A stretch of DNA of 64,000 nucleotides from Octopus vulgaris (Eukaryota): positions 112,778,001 to 112,842,000 of the forward strand of contig OX597818.1 in NCBI GenBank assembly GCA_951406725.2, given 5' to 3'. The notes beneath the pieces are model-generated. The model was given only the letters and a program-made list of their open reading frames with translations, searched no databases and was not told where the DNA came from. Both the position numbers and the translations under genes were made by a program. Shown here piece after piece: positions 39,401 to 52,641 of the stretch; positions within the stretch are counted from its first letter, which is position 1, and every line of letters starts with the position of its first letter.

Positions 39401-41668
39401 CTATTTCTATATATCTTTATATGTGTTTGTGTGTGCGCCTTTGTCTGTGTGTATGAATTAGTATGTAAATTACTTTAAGTACACAATTACTTTAAGCAAA
39501 ATACATCAACGAGACATAAGCGACAGTAAGGTAACATTGGCTGCTTTCACATGGTCTTGCTTTTTATTTCTCCCTCACATTTCACAACTATTCATTGCTC
39601 TTTCGTTTTAATAAATGATTGCATCTAGTGATTGCACTGTTGGCTATTTCTTCGAAAAGAAAATGCCGTTTACGATATGTGACATTATATATAACACATA
39701 TTTTAATAAATATCTCTATGTATGTCTATTCAAACGCAACAATTGCCTTCAGCGTTTGTTTGAAACCAGAAAGAATGTATCAAAGGATCATAACACTGAT
39801 GAGTTGTTTAACTATAGCAACATCACTTTTCTGAAGTTGAATTTTTATAATATTTATAGATTGACTCCTTATAGTGATCGTAGTATATCAATTTATTTTA
39901 TAGAATGCATATTTATATTTCGCGCAGTAACTTCGGTTGTTAATACGTTATCGGTGTGAAATTATTAGACAACTATTGTAGTGGTTGCTCATTTAAAAAT
40001 AATAGTAAACAACTAGAAAATGTTCCATACAAATTAACATTTTCTTCTTCGAGGAAATACTTGAGGAATCAAAATAATTACGTTTCTCTCATGATCAGGC
40101 ATTATAGTTTGTGTGAAATCTCTGCCACAAAGCTAGACCCTGTCATTAAATACACGGCATATTTCAAGGCTTTTATATCACTGCCGCAAAAATCAAATTA
40201 TTCACAGTTTAAGTAACCTAACTGATCATATATTTATCGTTCTCCATTTTTTTTTTCTTTGGTAAGTTAGACATAGAAAACGAAGCAATTCCCTCTAGCT
40301 CCATGACCGGCAAGATCAGAAAGACCTTCTTGCTGGTTATAGAGCAAGCGGGAGGAATTAAGCTGGAAGCCAGTAGGAGATTATGAGTAGTGATTTGGCC
40401 ACCTCTACTGACCCTCTAACAGGAGAGTATTATCATTCAGGTTCGATGTTCTTTGGATACCGTCAGAGTGTATCGCTTCTTCCTGACAAAAGCTCCGTTA
40501 AATTTGGTGATTTGGAAGGTTCTTTCTGCTAGGTGTTATCTATAATAAAAGACAAAATGAATTAGTTGCTTAAATTTAGTTCGTGTTTCAGAACGATAAT
40601 GAGTAAAATAAACTGAATGCCTTATCTTTAATTCGCAAACCTGATGAACGAAAAATTATAAATACGTTCAAACTTTGAATGCAGTTTAGTAATGTATGGT
40701 TTGGAATTCTCTTAGAGGAAACCAATTTGGTAGAATCTAAAACGTTTGTCTTTCAACACACTAGATTTAGTGACATTAGTAACTCACATAAATTATCTTC
40801 TTCAATGAAAACAACCATATGGCACGTGATATTTCTTTGTGACTAGTGCAAGTTCATTTATGGACAGTAAAAAAAAAGAGAACTGCTAACATCGTTAATC
40901 TATTTTAAGCGTGCTAAAACGACTGAAAACATAAAATTTTAATATTTGTAGAAACGACTATCAACATTACGCATCTGAATAGACTTCGGCTTCTCAAACA
41001 TTATAACAAGAATTTGGCCTGGAGAACCTTCAGCAATAATAACACAGCATGTCCGATAGAGCTGTAGTCACTCCCAAAAGAGTTAGTAAGGCATTCAAAC
41101 TGTTATTACGATAAAATATTAAACATTTGCAACCGCCCATTAACTTCACGTTTATTTACATAAAATTACATTCTGGCATGATAACTCATCATTACTGATA
41201 TTCCCAAGACGATTAAGAAATGCATATTTCGATTAAATTTGTTCTCTTACTAGTATTACAGAATACTTCCGTTAGTACAATCGAAGTATTCATAACAAGC
41301 TATTGGCGTTGCGAAGATGCGAATTTGAAAATTAAAATCTTTAACGGTAATTATAAAATTGACTTGTGAATTTATATTCATGCATTCTTTACATTAAAAT
41401 TAATTCTATATGACGTGACGTCGTTTCCAATTTCAAGCGATTGAAACTAGTGAGAACATATTCCACCATAAATGCAAATATATTGCAAATATGGAAACCT
41501 TATAACACAACAAATAATCACGTTAGCCACACTGTTTTCTTATTGATATTCCGGAAACTAAGTTTTGATGTCGGTCCAGATTTTCACAATAATTGTGTGT
41601 ACAGAGGGAAGATATAGTTGAAATAAAAGCAATGAAGTTTGTTCCAGTGAGAATTTCTCTCTCTCTCC

Positions 41669-41727
<59 letters not shown>

Positions 41728-42018
41728 CTTGCATAGTTCGATGTTCGTGTGTGTATATGTGTTGGTGTTTGTATCTGTACATTCCAACAATTTTGCAAGT
41801 AACATTCATTCTAGTTCGTTTATGCTCACGGAACTATGCAATTCGGCTTAACATGACGATAGAGAATCTGAAATTTGAATATAAGAACTGGGGGTCCGTT
41901 TCCTTGACTAGAATCTTCGAGGCAGGCGGACGGGAAACAAAGCCTTCTATTATTGAGACAATTATAAAGAAATGCTAATTCAAACATGCATACATACATA
42001 CATAAATACATACATTAC

Positions 42019-42056
<38 letters not shown>

Positions 42057-42677
42057 TATATATATATATATATATACGTATATATAGATTGATAGATATA
42101 CATATATATATGTATATATATGTATATATATATTTGCGTGTGTATGTGAGTGTGTGTATCTGTGTGAGTGAGTGTGTGTGAACGTGTTTGTGCGTGTGCG
42201 CGAATGTCTGCGCATTTGTCGATGAATTTATCGATACAGTTACGTAAACAAATAATAGAGTCGGAGTGAAATTTAGCATCGCGTCTGATGTCGATACGAT
42301 AATATAAGAACAATCGACCAGCTAAACCATGCACATGATCAATTGTACCCCTGTGCACACTTGTATATTTACTCTCCTCAAAAGCATAAGTTACAGCAAC
42401 AAATCTGAGTCGAATTAGAGAAGGCACAACGCGACAAACGTCGAACAGAGACCGTAGATCACTGCGGAGATGGCGAATGGAGACGTAAAGATTTTTTGAG
42501 AATCCAACTGATTATTTCATTGAATAATCGATTAGTTAAGCAATAGAAGTGTTTGCCACTTAATTATTTAATGAGTTGACTATTACAGATATACAAAAAA
42601 AAATTAAATAAAGTGTGTGTAGTTTGGTCTGCAAAATACTTCTGTTAAATACACGCACACAGATATACATATATATG

Positions 42678-42718
<41 letters not shown>

Positions 42719-42719
42719 T

Positions 42720-42768
<49 letters not shown>

Positions 42769-42956
42769 CAACAAATAAACACAGGCACAAAAACATATAC
42801 ATACACAGATGGAGCACAGAATTTTTTCAGTGAACAAGTCGCGGTCTGAAAGCGATGAAAACATTTTGGCAAATTAAATTTAAATGTTGAAGTGAATCCA
42901 ACGGTGTTTGTGTGTTTTCAAATAGTTTATAAACACCTTCCACGCTTCAAATGATA

Positions 42957-43007
<51 letters not shown>

Positions 43008-43287
43008 GATTCATTCACTACAGCAGTTTTAAGCGAATTTTTTTTTCATTATTGATGAATAGAATTATTTTATCCCGCGATAGAACCGAAGCTAGCCAGG
43101 TATCATGAAGTGGCACGTAATGTTGATTCTTGGAATGCTTATATTTTAATAGGTACGAGCGCTTGTGATTGTATATGTTCCTCTCATTTTGTTTTGTGCA
43201 TCATTGCTATTTCTTTGACCTGAATTTGGTGCATTACTATCGAGGTGGCTAATTCACTCGAACCCGCAACTATTATATATATATATA

Positions 43288-43329
<42 letters not shown>

Positions 43330-43533
43330 CTTTTACTTATTTTATTCTTTTGTCTATTTCAGCCATGCTGGAGCACCGCCTTTAGTCGAACAAATCGACC
43401 AAAGGACTTATTCTTTGTAAGCCTAGTATTTATTCTAACGGTCTCTATTGCCGAACCGCTAAGTTACTGGGACGTAAACACACTGGCATTGGATGTTAAG
43501 CGATGTTGGAGGGAAAAACACAGTCATACAAAG

Positions 43534-43560
<27 letters not shown>
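43330..43560 (-). mobile_element. SINE family A, 3' part
   Basis: gccatgctggagcaccgcctttagtcgaacaaatcgacc. Confidence 0.8.
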
Positions 43561-43614
<54 letters not shown>

Positions 43615-43631
43615 AATGTATTACCGTTTAC

Positions 43632-43690
43632 AATTTATCTTTAAATTGTTTCAGTCATTAGATTGCGGCCACGCTAGGGCACCCGCTTCG
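43632..43690 (-). mobile_element. LINE/SINE-type 3' tail attached to the U6 copy
   Basis: Minus: gcgggtgccctagcgtggccgcaatctaatgactgaaacaatttaaagataaa, versus the SINE A tail gcggtgctccagcatggccgcagtcaaatgactgaaacaagtaaaaga. Confidence 0.7.
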
Positions 43691-43699
43691 ATAAAGACA

Positions 43700-43800
43700 A
43701 TAAGGAACGCTTCACGAATTTGTGTGCCATCTTTGCACAGGGTCCATGCTAATCTTCTCTACATTATTCCAAATTTAGCATATGTACTGCTGAATCAAGT
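43700..43800 (-). pseudogene. RNU6: U6 snRNA pseudogene
   Basis: Minus: acttgattcagcagtacatatgctaaatttggaataatgtagagaagattagcatggaccctgtgcaaagatggcacacaaattcgtgaagcgttcc aligns almost end-to-end to canonical U6. The ACAGAGA box is mutated to GUAGAGA, with many other substitutions. Confidence 0.92.
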
Positions 43801-46800
43801 TATATATTACAGATATAAATACATATTTACTTATTAGTTACATGCGAAAGTATATTGTTATGTAATTTGTTTATTCACAAATGGCGCGGAAGCGGTGTAA
43901 TCTCGAGGAAAACAAATTTAACTTTCGAAATCTTTGTCCCCATAAATGTTGAACATAAATCATGATAAAATATAATTTTCTATGAGATATTACTTAACTT
44001 TTTTAAATCGACAACTCTCCCACTTTCTACTTCTCGCCGCTAAAGTATTTGTCTTTATATATTTAGAGTACTCTTTGACCCTCTCTCTCTCTCTCTCTCT
44101 CTCTCTTTTTATATGGATTATGTCTCGTTAATTACTTTCATTTTGTTTAAAACTTCATCTTATAAAGTTTACCTTCATTTTATATCAGCTATTACGGAAT
44201 CAGCTTGGATTCAGAGTGAAAAGGAATATCAATATACCAAATTTGGAAATGCCCACTTAATCTTCAAATTTGAAAATCTATGACAGCAACAGAAAATCTT
44301 TCTTTCTCTCTTTCTCTCTCTCTCTCTCTTTCTCTTTCTCTCTCCCTCTCTCTCGCTCTCTCATTTATTTTTCGCTTTTCTCATAGTCGTAGTAGCACCT
44401 ATAAAGACAATTACACGTACTAGCCATGAAATAGAAAACTGTGTTACATTATTAGAGATATGAGTATAGACAGGAAAGAGAGAAACAAATGAACGACATC
44501 AAAAAATCAGAGCACAGACAGAAACATAATTAGTCTGCGAGTGTGAGCGCTGATAAGATTGATTTAAAGTCTGGCATTGAAAATAAAACAAGAGTTACAA
44601 TACCATGACCTACAAATCTTGATGGAAATGTTAGCGACTTTGAAATTAAGTTTACGAAAATTTCCTGTCAGAGAAAGCAAGTGGATGTACAACTTCTTGT
44701 TAAATATATTTATTAAAGAGTGGACATAAAGAATAATAAACATACATTTGATTGGTGAAGAGTATGGAGGATGTAAGATTTTAGACAACGAAATTACTGA
44801 AAATCTTCTCGACAAAAAGAGAGATTGCAACACTGTCGTCGTTAGGTGCAATATATATTCTAGCGGCAAAATTGTGATATTCAGGTTGATTACCAGTGGC
44901 ATTGATTCATGTTTCCGTTTTCACTCTCGAAAGCAATGAGGGGAGGTTGCGATCGCAGAGATCATGAATATAATACGTAGATGAAGAACTTAATACATTT
45001 TACACAATATAAGAAGCTATCTTAAAGTTGTGTACCATCAGGTTCAGAGAAACCAGAATTATAACAGTAACTGTGAGGAGAAGAACGTATAAATATTAGG
45101 CATATATCACTAAGAAGACATTTGGAAGGAGTTCGGCTTCGATAAACATGGCACGCCAGAAGTGATCAAGGGAGTCGTCAACACTAGCAGAGCAGGCAAT
45201 AGATAGAACTGGTTTCGGAGGATGTTGTTCCTCTAATGCAGTAATGATTCTAATAGATAAAATAGCGAGGATATTTCAAAAGCTTCTCCTCATCCCAAGA
45301 ACAAAGATCCTGATCTAAGGTGCAGTTCACTCTGATAAATCCGGGAGCTCCACTACAGCATAAAAAAACATTCAGTGACTCTGCAAAAGTACTTAAACAG
45401 AAGTTGCCGTTCATAAGACAAAACCCCCAAATAAACAAACGGAGAGAACTCCACCCGATAGTAGCTTGCAAGTCTTAGTGATGAGCATTTCCAACATGGA
45501 TCTGATGACCTTTGATGACCTAAAATTGAAATTCAGGATGGAGATTAGTATCACGAAAACACTTATTCAGCATTGAGAATTCTGAGAACAAATGTTCGCA
45601 TGCACCCTGTTTAGTCATGAAGTTTTAATTATATAAATCTTAATCTATATTAACAGCCATAAATATTAAGCTTTTGAGATTTGCCTATCTGACACTATTG
45701 ATTGTGACATGCATTTATTCGAAATATTTCCGTTATGGTAGTGTATGAATTACCAGTTGTGTAATTGAAAGTTATGGTTTTCTAATGTGGTCGTATTCTT
45801 ACCAACTTCATAACATTGTCTCGAGTTATGTAGGTTTTTCTTGACTACTTTTGACAACTTAGTTCCGTTTCCTGCTTTCAAAGCAATTTTGAAGTTTAAT
45901 CAGTCGCCACAAATACCCGTTCATACGTCTATTACTTCTGTCAAATTTGGGGTGTTAGTTCCTGAATTGCTTCTCTTCAAATGTTAGAAAAGCGGTGATG
46001 AGATACAAAGCCTGTGCTATGTTGAAATTGATTTACTGATTCACTGTAACTCATTATTATCATTCATTTTCCACTTATACTTTTCTTGATCTGTTCTATC
46101 ACCAAGGTAAACACTTACTCATACAACTTTTACTTCCTTTCAGCTTAAAACCTTCCATTTGCTTATGTGAATTATTTATGCAGCTTACAAATTTGCTGAG
46201 ATCTCCTCCTTTCCATCAATAGGCTTCCTTCAATCTAATCTCTGTAAGCTTTTACACCCAACTTTTCGATGACATGTACCTCATCAGCAAAGATGAAATT
46301 AAGAAAGTCAGTAACATTTCTACTTTCAACATGCTCTATGGCATTATCAGAGATTTTGTTTCAGTTTGGAGTTTTCCTCTGTTAATGCATCTCCATTTTG
46401 ATGGCTTTATGCATTCTGAATTCTTTAGAATTAAACTATTTCACTTTCCATCATATAATACTTCAGACATTATACAAAGTTACACGTCCATATCATTGGA
46501 ATGTATTTCCTTCAAAAGTATTATTGCTATTTCCATTATCTGTAAATTCATACTGTGTACCTCGAAGACCGCTTTGTCTGGTTAAACAAATTATACACTT
46601 TCAAACATAGAAAGTCCCTTCGTAAATATCAGAGACAAAATGTGCGATTGTGTTCTTTCTGTCTCCAGGCAGTAGGCAGGGGGTCCATAGGAGTCCGATG
46701 AGGACAAAGACTGTGTACTCAGCGAAAACAGCGCATATGACTCCGCGTTCCAAAGCTGGAGGCATATTGGCGCCCACGGGTGTCATAGCGGTAGTTTGTT

Positions 46801-47025
46801 TCTTCCAAACACTGGAACACCTGCACTGAAACACGCAAGGTTCTTTATAATACAACGCTGTGAAGAAATCTTTTCCAAGGAACCTACGATGCACCTAGTG
46901 GGCATATAAATAAAACACATACACCATGTATATAGATAATGTTTATTTTATCAGAAAGGCTTTTAAATCAAAATTTGATTTTTTCCCACCTGTGCTACAC
47001 CACAGGTCATTAGTAAAGAGACTTA

Positions 47026-47072
<47 letters not shown>

Positions 47073-47073
<1 letters not shown>

Positions 47074-47325
47074 GAAAGAAGGTTTGAAAATGCAGTTTTA
47101 AAAGATGTTTATTTACTTTACCGGTTTCACTCTTTGGAAAAAGATTGTCAAAAGTATCATGTAGAAGTTTGGTTGCGTTAATTATTGGTTGCTACAAATT
47201 GCTACATTACATATATACAGTCTTTGGTAACAGGAACATGTTACTTTTGACAATCTTTTTCCAAAGAGTGAAACCGGTAAAGTAAATAAACATCTTTTAA
47301 AATTGCATTTTCAAACCTTCTTTCG
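47073..47325. mobile_element. Inverted-repeat mini-element: 90-bp arms (2 mismatches), 73-bp spacer, embedded in (TA)n; putative PLE derivative
   Basis: 47073-47162 versus 47236-47325; (TA)n at about 47029-47072 and 47367-47406. Confidence 0.8.
47242..47284 (+). ncRNA. Putative minimal hammerhead ribozyme, U3-A8 core variant (mirror copy in the left arm)
   Basis: UACUU UUGACAA UCUUU uucc AAAGA gu GAA ACCGGU A AAGUA: stem I UACUU/AAGUA, palindromic ACCGGU stem III, GUA cleavage triplet. Confidence 0.55.
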
Positions 47326-47364
47326 TATATAATTCCACTCATGCGGTACCCTACAAGTCCACTT

Positions 47365-48039
<675 letters not shown>

Positions 48040-48406
48040 GTCTCCAGCCGGTTATACTTTACGTTTCGTACGCCGCCGATGAGCTATGGCTATCATAAAA
48101 TATCCATATTCCCCGATCTCGTTCACCTTCGGGTGAGTTGTCTTGCATGAGATGGGGCAGTCAGTGTTGTTTAACATCGACGTCGGGATGGAAGGTTTCC
48201 AAAGACGCTATCCGTAGCAATTGGGCATTTAAACAAAGCACGTACACCGTGTGTGTGTATCATCCATAACACATTGCTACAACAGTTTTCAATTCAAATT
48301 ATATGTTTATGTGGGATGTGTATGAATGTATACGCATACCCATACAAATACACTTATACACACACATATGTTTATGTGTATATACACGAATGAGTGGAAA
48401 AGATAA

Positions 48407-48448
<42 letters not shown>

Positions 48449-48464
48449 TTATGTATGTATATTC

Positions 48465-48640
48465 TTTTATTTATTTACTTCTTTCAGTCATTTGACAGCG
48501 GCTTTGCCGGATCACCGCGTTTAGTCGAAAAATTGATCCCACGACTTATTCTATGTAGTCCTAGTACTCAACCTATCGGTCTTCTTTGCCGAGGCGCAAA
48601 GTTAAGGGGACGTAAACACACCAGCATCGGCTGTCAACCT
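48465..48640 (-). mobile_element. SINE family A, 3' part, diverged
   Basis: ttcagtcatttgacagcggc...ggacgtaaacacaccagcatcgg. Confidence 0.75.
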
Positions 48641-49001
48641 ACACACTTAAACCGGAGTCCTTACTAATTAACTTCCAGTCAATAAGTTGACGTTGGAAGT
48701 GGTTGGTTAAAACAATTGTGAAATGGGTTTCAAATATTTGTGAAACACTTCTATGAGTTTATTAAGAATTTTTGAGAAAATTTGCACTTGTTTACTTACT
48801 TTTGATTTGAAGGATTATATCAGAGACTGGCAGTCTATAACAAAGATGATATTTGTTATAAATGATGTTGAATGAAGTCTGTTTGGTAAGATTATACACA
48901 ATTTGATAAATACGAAGATTAGATGAAGCAGATTCTTATCGCACCGTCCTCTATAGGAGCGCTACGTTTAGTTGGAAAATGTGTGTGTGTGTGTGTGTGA
49001 T

Positions 49002-49032
<31 letters not shown>

Positions 49033-49057
49033 CATACTTACCAATCACATGATTACA

Positions 49058-49135
49058 GGGAGCGTCTTCTACTATAGCCTCGGTTGGACGAAAGCCTTGT
49101 GAGTGGATTTGGCAGACGGAAGTTGAAAGAATCCC

Positions 49136-49137
<2 letters not shown>
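49058..49137 (+). mobile_element. SINE family A central fragment
   Basis: gtcttctactatagcctcgg...aaagccttgtgagtggatttggcagacgg. Confidence 0.75.
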
Positions 49138-49179
<42 letters not shown>

Positions 49180-50230
49180 GTGTGTATGTGCGTGTATGCG
49201 TGTTTGCGTGTGCGTGTGCGTGTATGTGTGTGCGTGTGTATATGAGTGTGCGTGTGTATGTGTGTATGCACGTGTATGTGTGTATGTGCGTATGGTTGGT
49301 TAAAAATTTGATAAGTATATGTACTGGTTATGTACGTTTGTAACCTTTATTAAAACGCGTTCAATGCATCGGAGTAAAAGACGGTGAATGACCTAGTTTG
49401 GCATATTACGTTGCGAAACAGGAAAACGAGAAACACTCGACTCACATTCAAAAAAATTTTAATATTTTTAATTCATCTTCTTCCATTAGCAACGACCCCT
49501 ATATCTTAAATTAGGAAACATGCCATATTCAATAATTTTGTCATGCACCATTGCTACCTGAAAACTATAATATTGTTTTTATTTTTATTTTAATATTTTC
49601 TTTTTCTGCGTAAAATATTTCATTTTTAATTCAAGGTTACTTCAGCAAAGCAATAATGGAATGACATTTACATTCCGAAATATATTCAAAAGTAAATAAT
49701 ATAAATCGAAGAAAAATTCCAAATTTTAACTATGTTTCTTTCATTACTAGCATAGTGTTACGGAAATGATATTCGGGAGAAAAAAGTAAAAATAATGACG
49801 CCATTACGAATGGTAAAAGTTTTTTATCTAAATTATAACATGTATTTTTTCCATGTTCAATGCATAGAATTTATTGTGCCAGTAGATGGATTGCAGCTAC
49901 TTCACAGAGAGTTCAATTGAACAGAGGCATCCTGTTTTTATCTCATCAACAGATAGATTCTATTTTATCTCAGTGAAATGCATTTATATTTTCCTACATG
50001 CTGGCCATTTCTATTATTAATAAAAACCTTACTTTTCCATATTGTAATAAGTTAGATAGCTTTCTTCAATGTGCAACGGAATGTCTTTTATAAAAATACA
50101 TGATGGGATTTTCTAGAAAAGAAGAATAAAGAAATGAAAATGTGTGAATATACTTTTTTTTTAAGAATCAGCAAATATATTTGACGAAAGAATTCCTGGT
50201 AAAATGAAATAATGTCACCTTCGTCATGGC

Positions 50231-50282
<52 letters not shown>

Positions 50283-50513
50283 GCATTTATGAAAGCTAAA
50301 ACAAACAAAAAATTAAAATGAAATCTATCAATTTTTTTAAATTTTGTTTCTGTTGTTGAAACGTAACTTGCTTTTCTGTCTAGAAATATGTAAACACTAA
50401 CTCACACGTTTGTCTATAACTTCGACACATTGAGCTACTGAGGCTTTCAAAACATACATACACACGCACATATATATATATGTACACATAACTATATATG
50501 TACACATAACTAC

Positions 50514-50581
<68 letters not shown>

Positions 50582-50806
50582 ATATCTGTATATATATGTA
50601 TATGCGCTTGTATTCATAGATATATTCGCGTTAGTTATTATTATGTGTGTATGTTTATATACCGAAGTACATATCTATCTCTTTCTCTACATATGTATGT
50701 GTGCGTGTGTCTCTCTCTCTCTACATACAGCTTTCCTCCATATGACTTTATATATATAGAAATTTGTTGTTTATAGTCATAATTTGTAAACCTATAGTCA
50801 ACAAGG

Positions 50807-51023
50807 TTTACTCTTTTACTCTTTTACTTGTTTCAGTCATTTGACTGCGGCCATGCTGGAGCACCGCCTTTAGTCGAGCAAATCGACCCCGGGACTTATT
50901 CTTTGTAAGCCCAGTACTTATTCTATCAGTCGCTTTTGCCGAACCGTTAAGTGACGGCGACGTAAACACACCAGCATCGGTTGTCAAGCAATGCTAGGGG
51001 GATAAACACAGACACACAACCAT

Positions 51024-51088
<65 letters not shown>

Positions 51089-51250
51089 TACGACAGGCTT
51101 CTTTCAGTTTCCGTCTACCAAATCCACTCACAAGGCTTTGGTCGGCCCGAGGCTATCGTAGAAGACACTTGCCCAAGATGCCAGGCAATGAACTGAACCC
51201 GGAACCATGTGGTTAGTAAGCAAGCTACTTACCACACAACCACTCCTGCG
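50807..51250 (-). mobile_element. SINE family A, full length
   Basis: Near-identical to 47408-47827 over most of its length. Confidence 0.92.
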
Positions 51251-51689
51251 TATAATTTTATAGAAAATATAATTCATGGTTCTGCAAAAACACATAACAA
51301 ACCATTTCCATTTCCGTTGTTATCACATATTCATAACCCCAGAAATATGCATAAATATAATGATGTCTTTTTTTTTATCAAATATTTTGTGTGCATTCTT
51401 TAAAATATTTTGCTGCCGCTTTTGTAGAGTACAGTGAATGCATTTTATATATACATAATTTTTTTCTACAGAATCATCTATTCTCTGTTTATTCGTTAAT
51501 CTTTAAGTTATTTTTCTAGAACATTCATCTCTGAATTATAAATGCTTCTACGTTTTCGTTAACGTGAAAACGGTTTGTAATTTATTGCATTCGCCTGGAT
51601 TTTCAATCATTAATACAAATTAGCGTATTTTACTTCGCCGTGTAGCAGATATGAAGATCGTCAACTGCGTTCTTCTACATGCCCCTTTC

Positions 51690-52071
51690 ATTCTTTTATT
51701 CCTTTCAGTTCCATATTTAAGAGTTGAGGAACTATGTACATTATTTACATTTGACGGATATTTGTCCTCGTCTTGTTTGTTTTTAACGCAACGTTTCTGT
51801 TGATATACCCTCCAGCCTTCATCAAGTGTCTTGGGGAAATTTCGAACCTGGTTTCTCTTTCCTGAGATATTTTTCGATGTTATTATTATTATTATTATTA
51901 TTATTATCATTATTATTATTATTATTATTATTCGGATCACTGCCTGGAATCAAACTCGGAATCTTGGGGTTAGTAGCCCGCGCTCTTAACCACTATGGGA
52001 ATATGGCGTAGCGGTAAATATCGCGGGCTACTAACCCCAAGATTCCGATTTCGATTCCAGGCAGTCACCTA

Positions 52072-52145
<74 letters not shown>

Positions 52146-52151
52146 TAATAA
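51690..52151 (-). mobile_element. tRNA-headed, hammerhead-carrying element with an inverted duplicate of its head
   Basis: Minus order: tRNA-like head (51996-51932), (TAA)n, body with degenerate hammerhead gacac UUGAUGA A GGCUG..CAACA GAAACGU U gcguu (51830-51784). A plus-strand head copy at 52004-52070 is followed by (TAA)n. Confidence 0.65.
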
Positions 52152-52154
52152 CAG

Positions 52155-52310
52155 CCTTTAGTCGAGAAAATTGACTCCTAGGTACTTATTCTTTGTAAAC
52201 CTAGCACTTACTCTAGCGGTCAGATTTGTCTAACCACTACCTTGCGCGGACGTAAACACACCATTATGGGTAGTCAGGCGATGGTGGGGTCGCAAACGCA
52301 GACACACGAA
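52155..52310 (-). mobile_element. SINE family A, 3' part, diverged
   Basis: gcctttagtcgagaaaattgac...ggacgtaaacacacc. Confidence 0.7.
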
Positions 52311-52347
52311 CATATGCATATATTCTTCGCCACTAGCCAGTGATTAA

Positions 52348-52392
52348 CACACACTGAAGACGGGTAACCACCTAGAAACTCGGGTATGTGTG
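52348..52392 (+). ncRNA. Putative minimal type I hammerhead ribozyme with canonical core
   Basis: CACACA CUGAAGA c GGGU aacc ACCU a GAA AC ucgg GU A UGUGUG: 6-bp stem I, GUA cleavage site. Confidence 0.6.
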
Positions 52393-52554
52393 CATCACGT
52401 AAGGCTAAAGATGGGACCGATTATCCTCCTCGCAAATACTAATCGAACACAGACTGTGTGTCGTTAGCCAGCCGGTGGAGATATCTTCCTGGGTTTACAA
52501 ACAATAGTAGCGCCGTCCTCTATAGGACATATACATTTACATACATAGATACAT

Positions 52555-52641
<87 letters not shown>

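Noticed and set aside
43700-43800. Functional U6 gene
   Set aside because: ACAGAGA box mutated, many substitutions, and no oligo-T terminator.
44560-46600. Possible highly degraded LINE remnants
   Set aside because: Composition is suggestive, but no diagnostic motif could be read reliably.
52004-52070. Functional tRNA gene
   Set aside because: No convincing acceptor stem, the two copies are mutated, and it runs directly into (TAA)n; treated as an element head.
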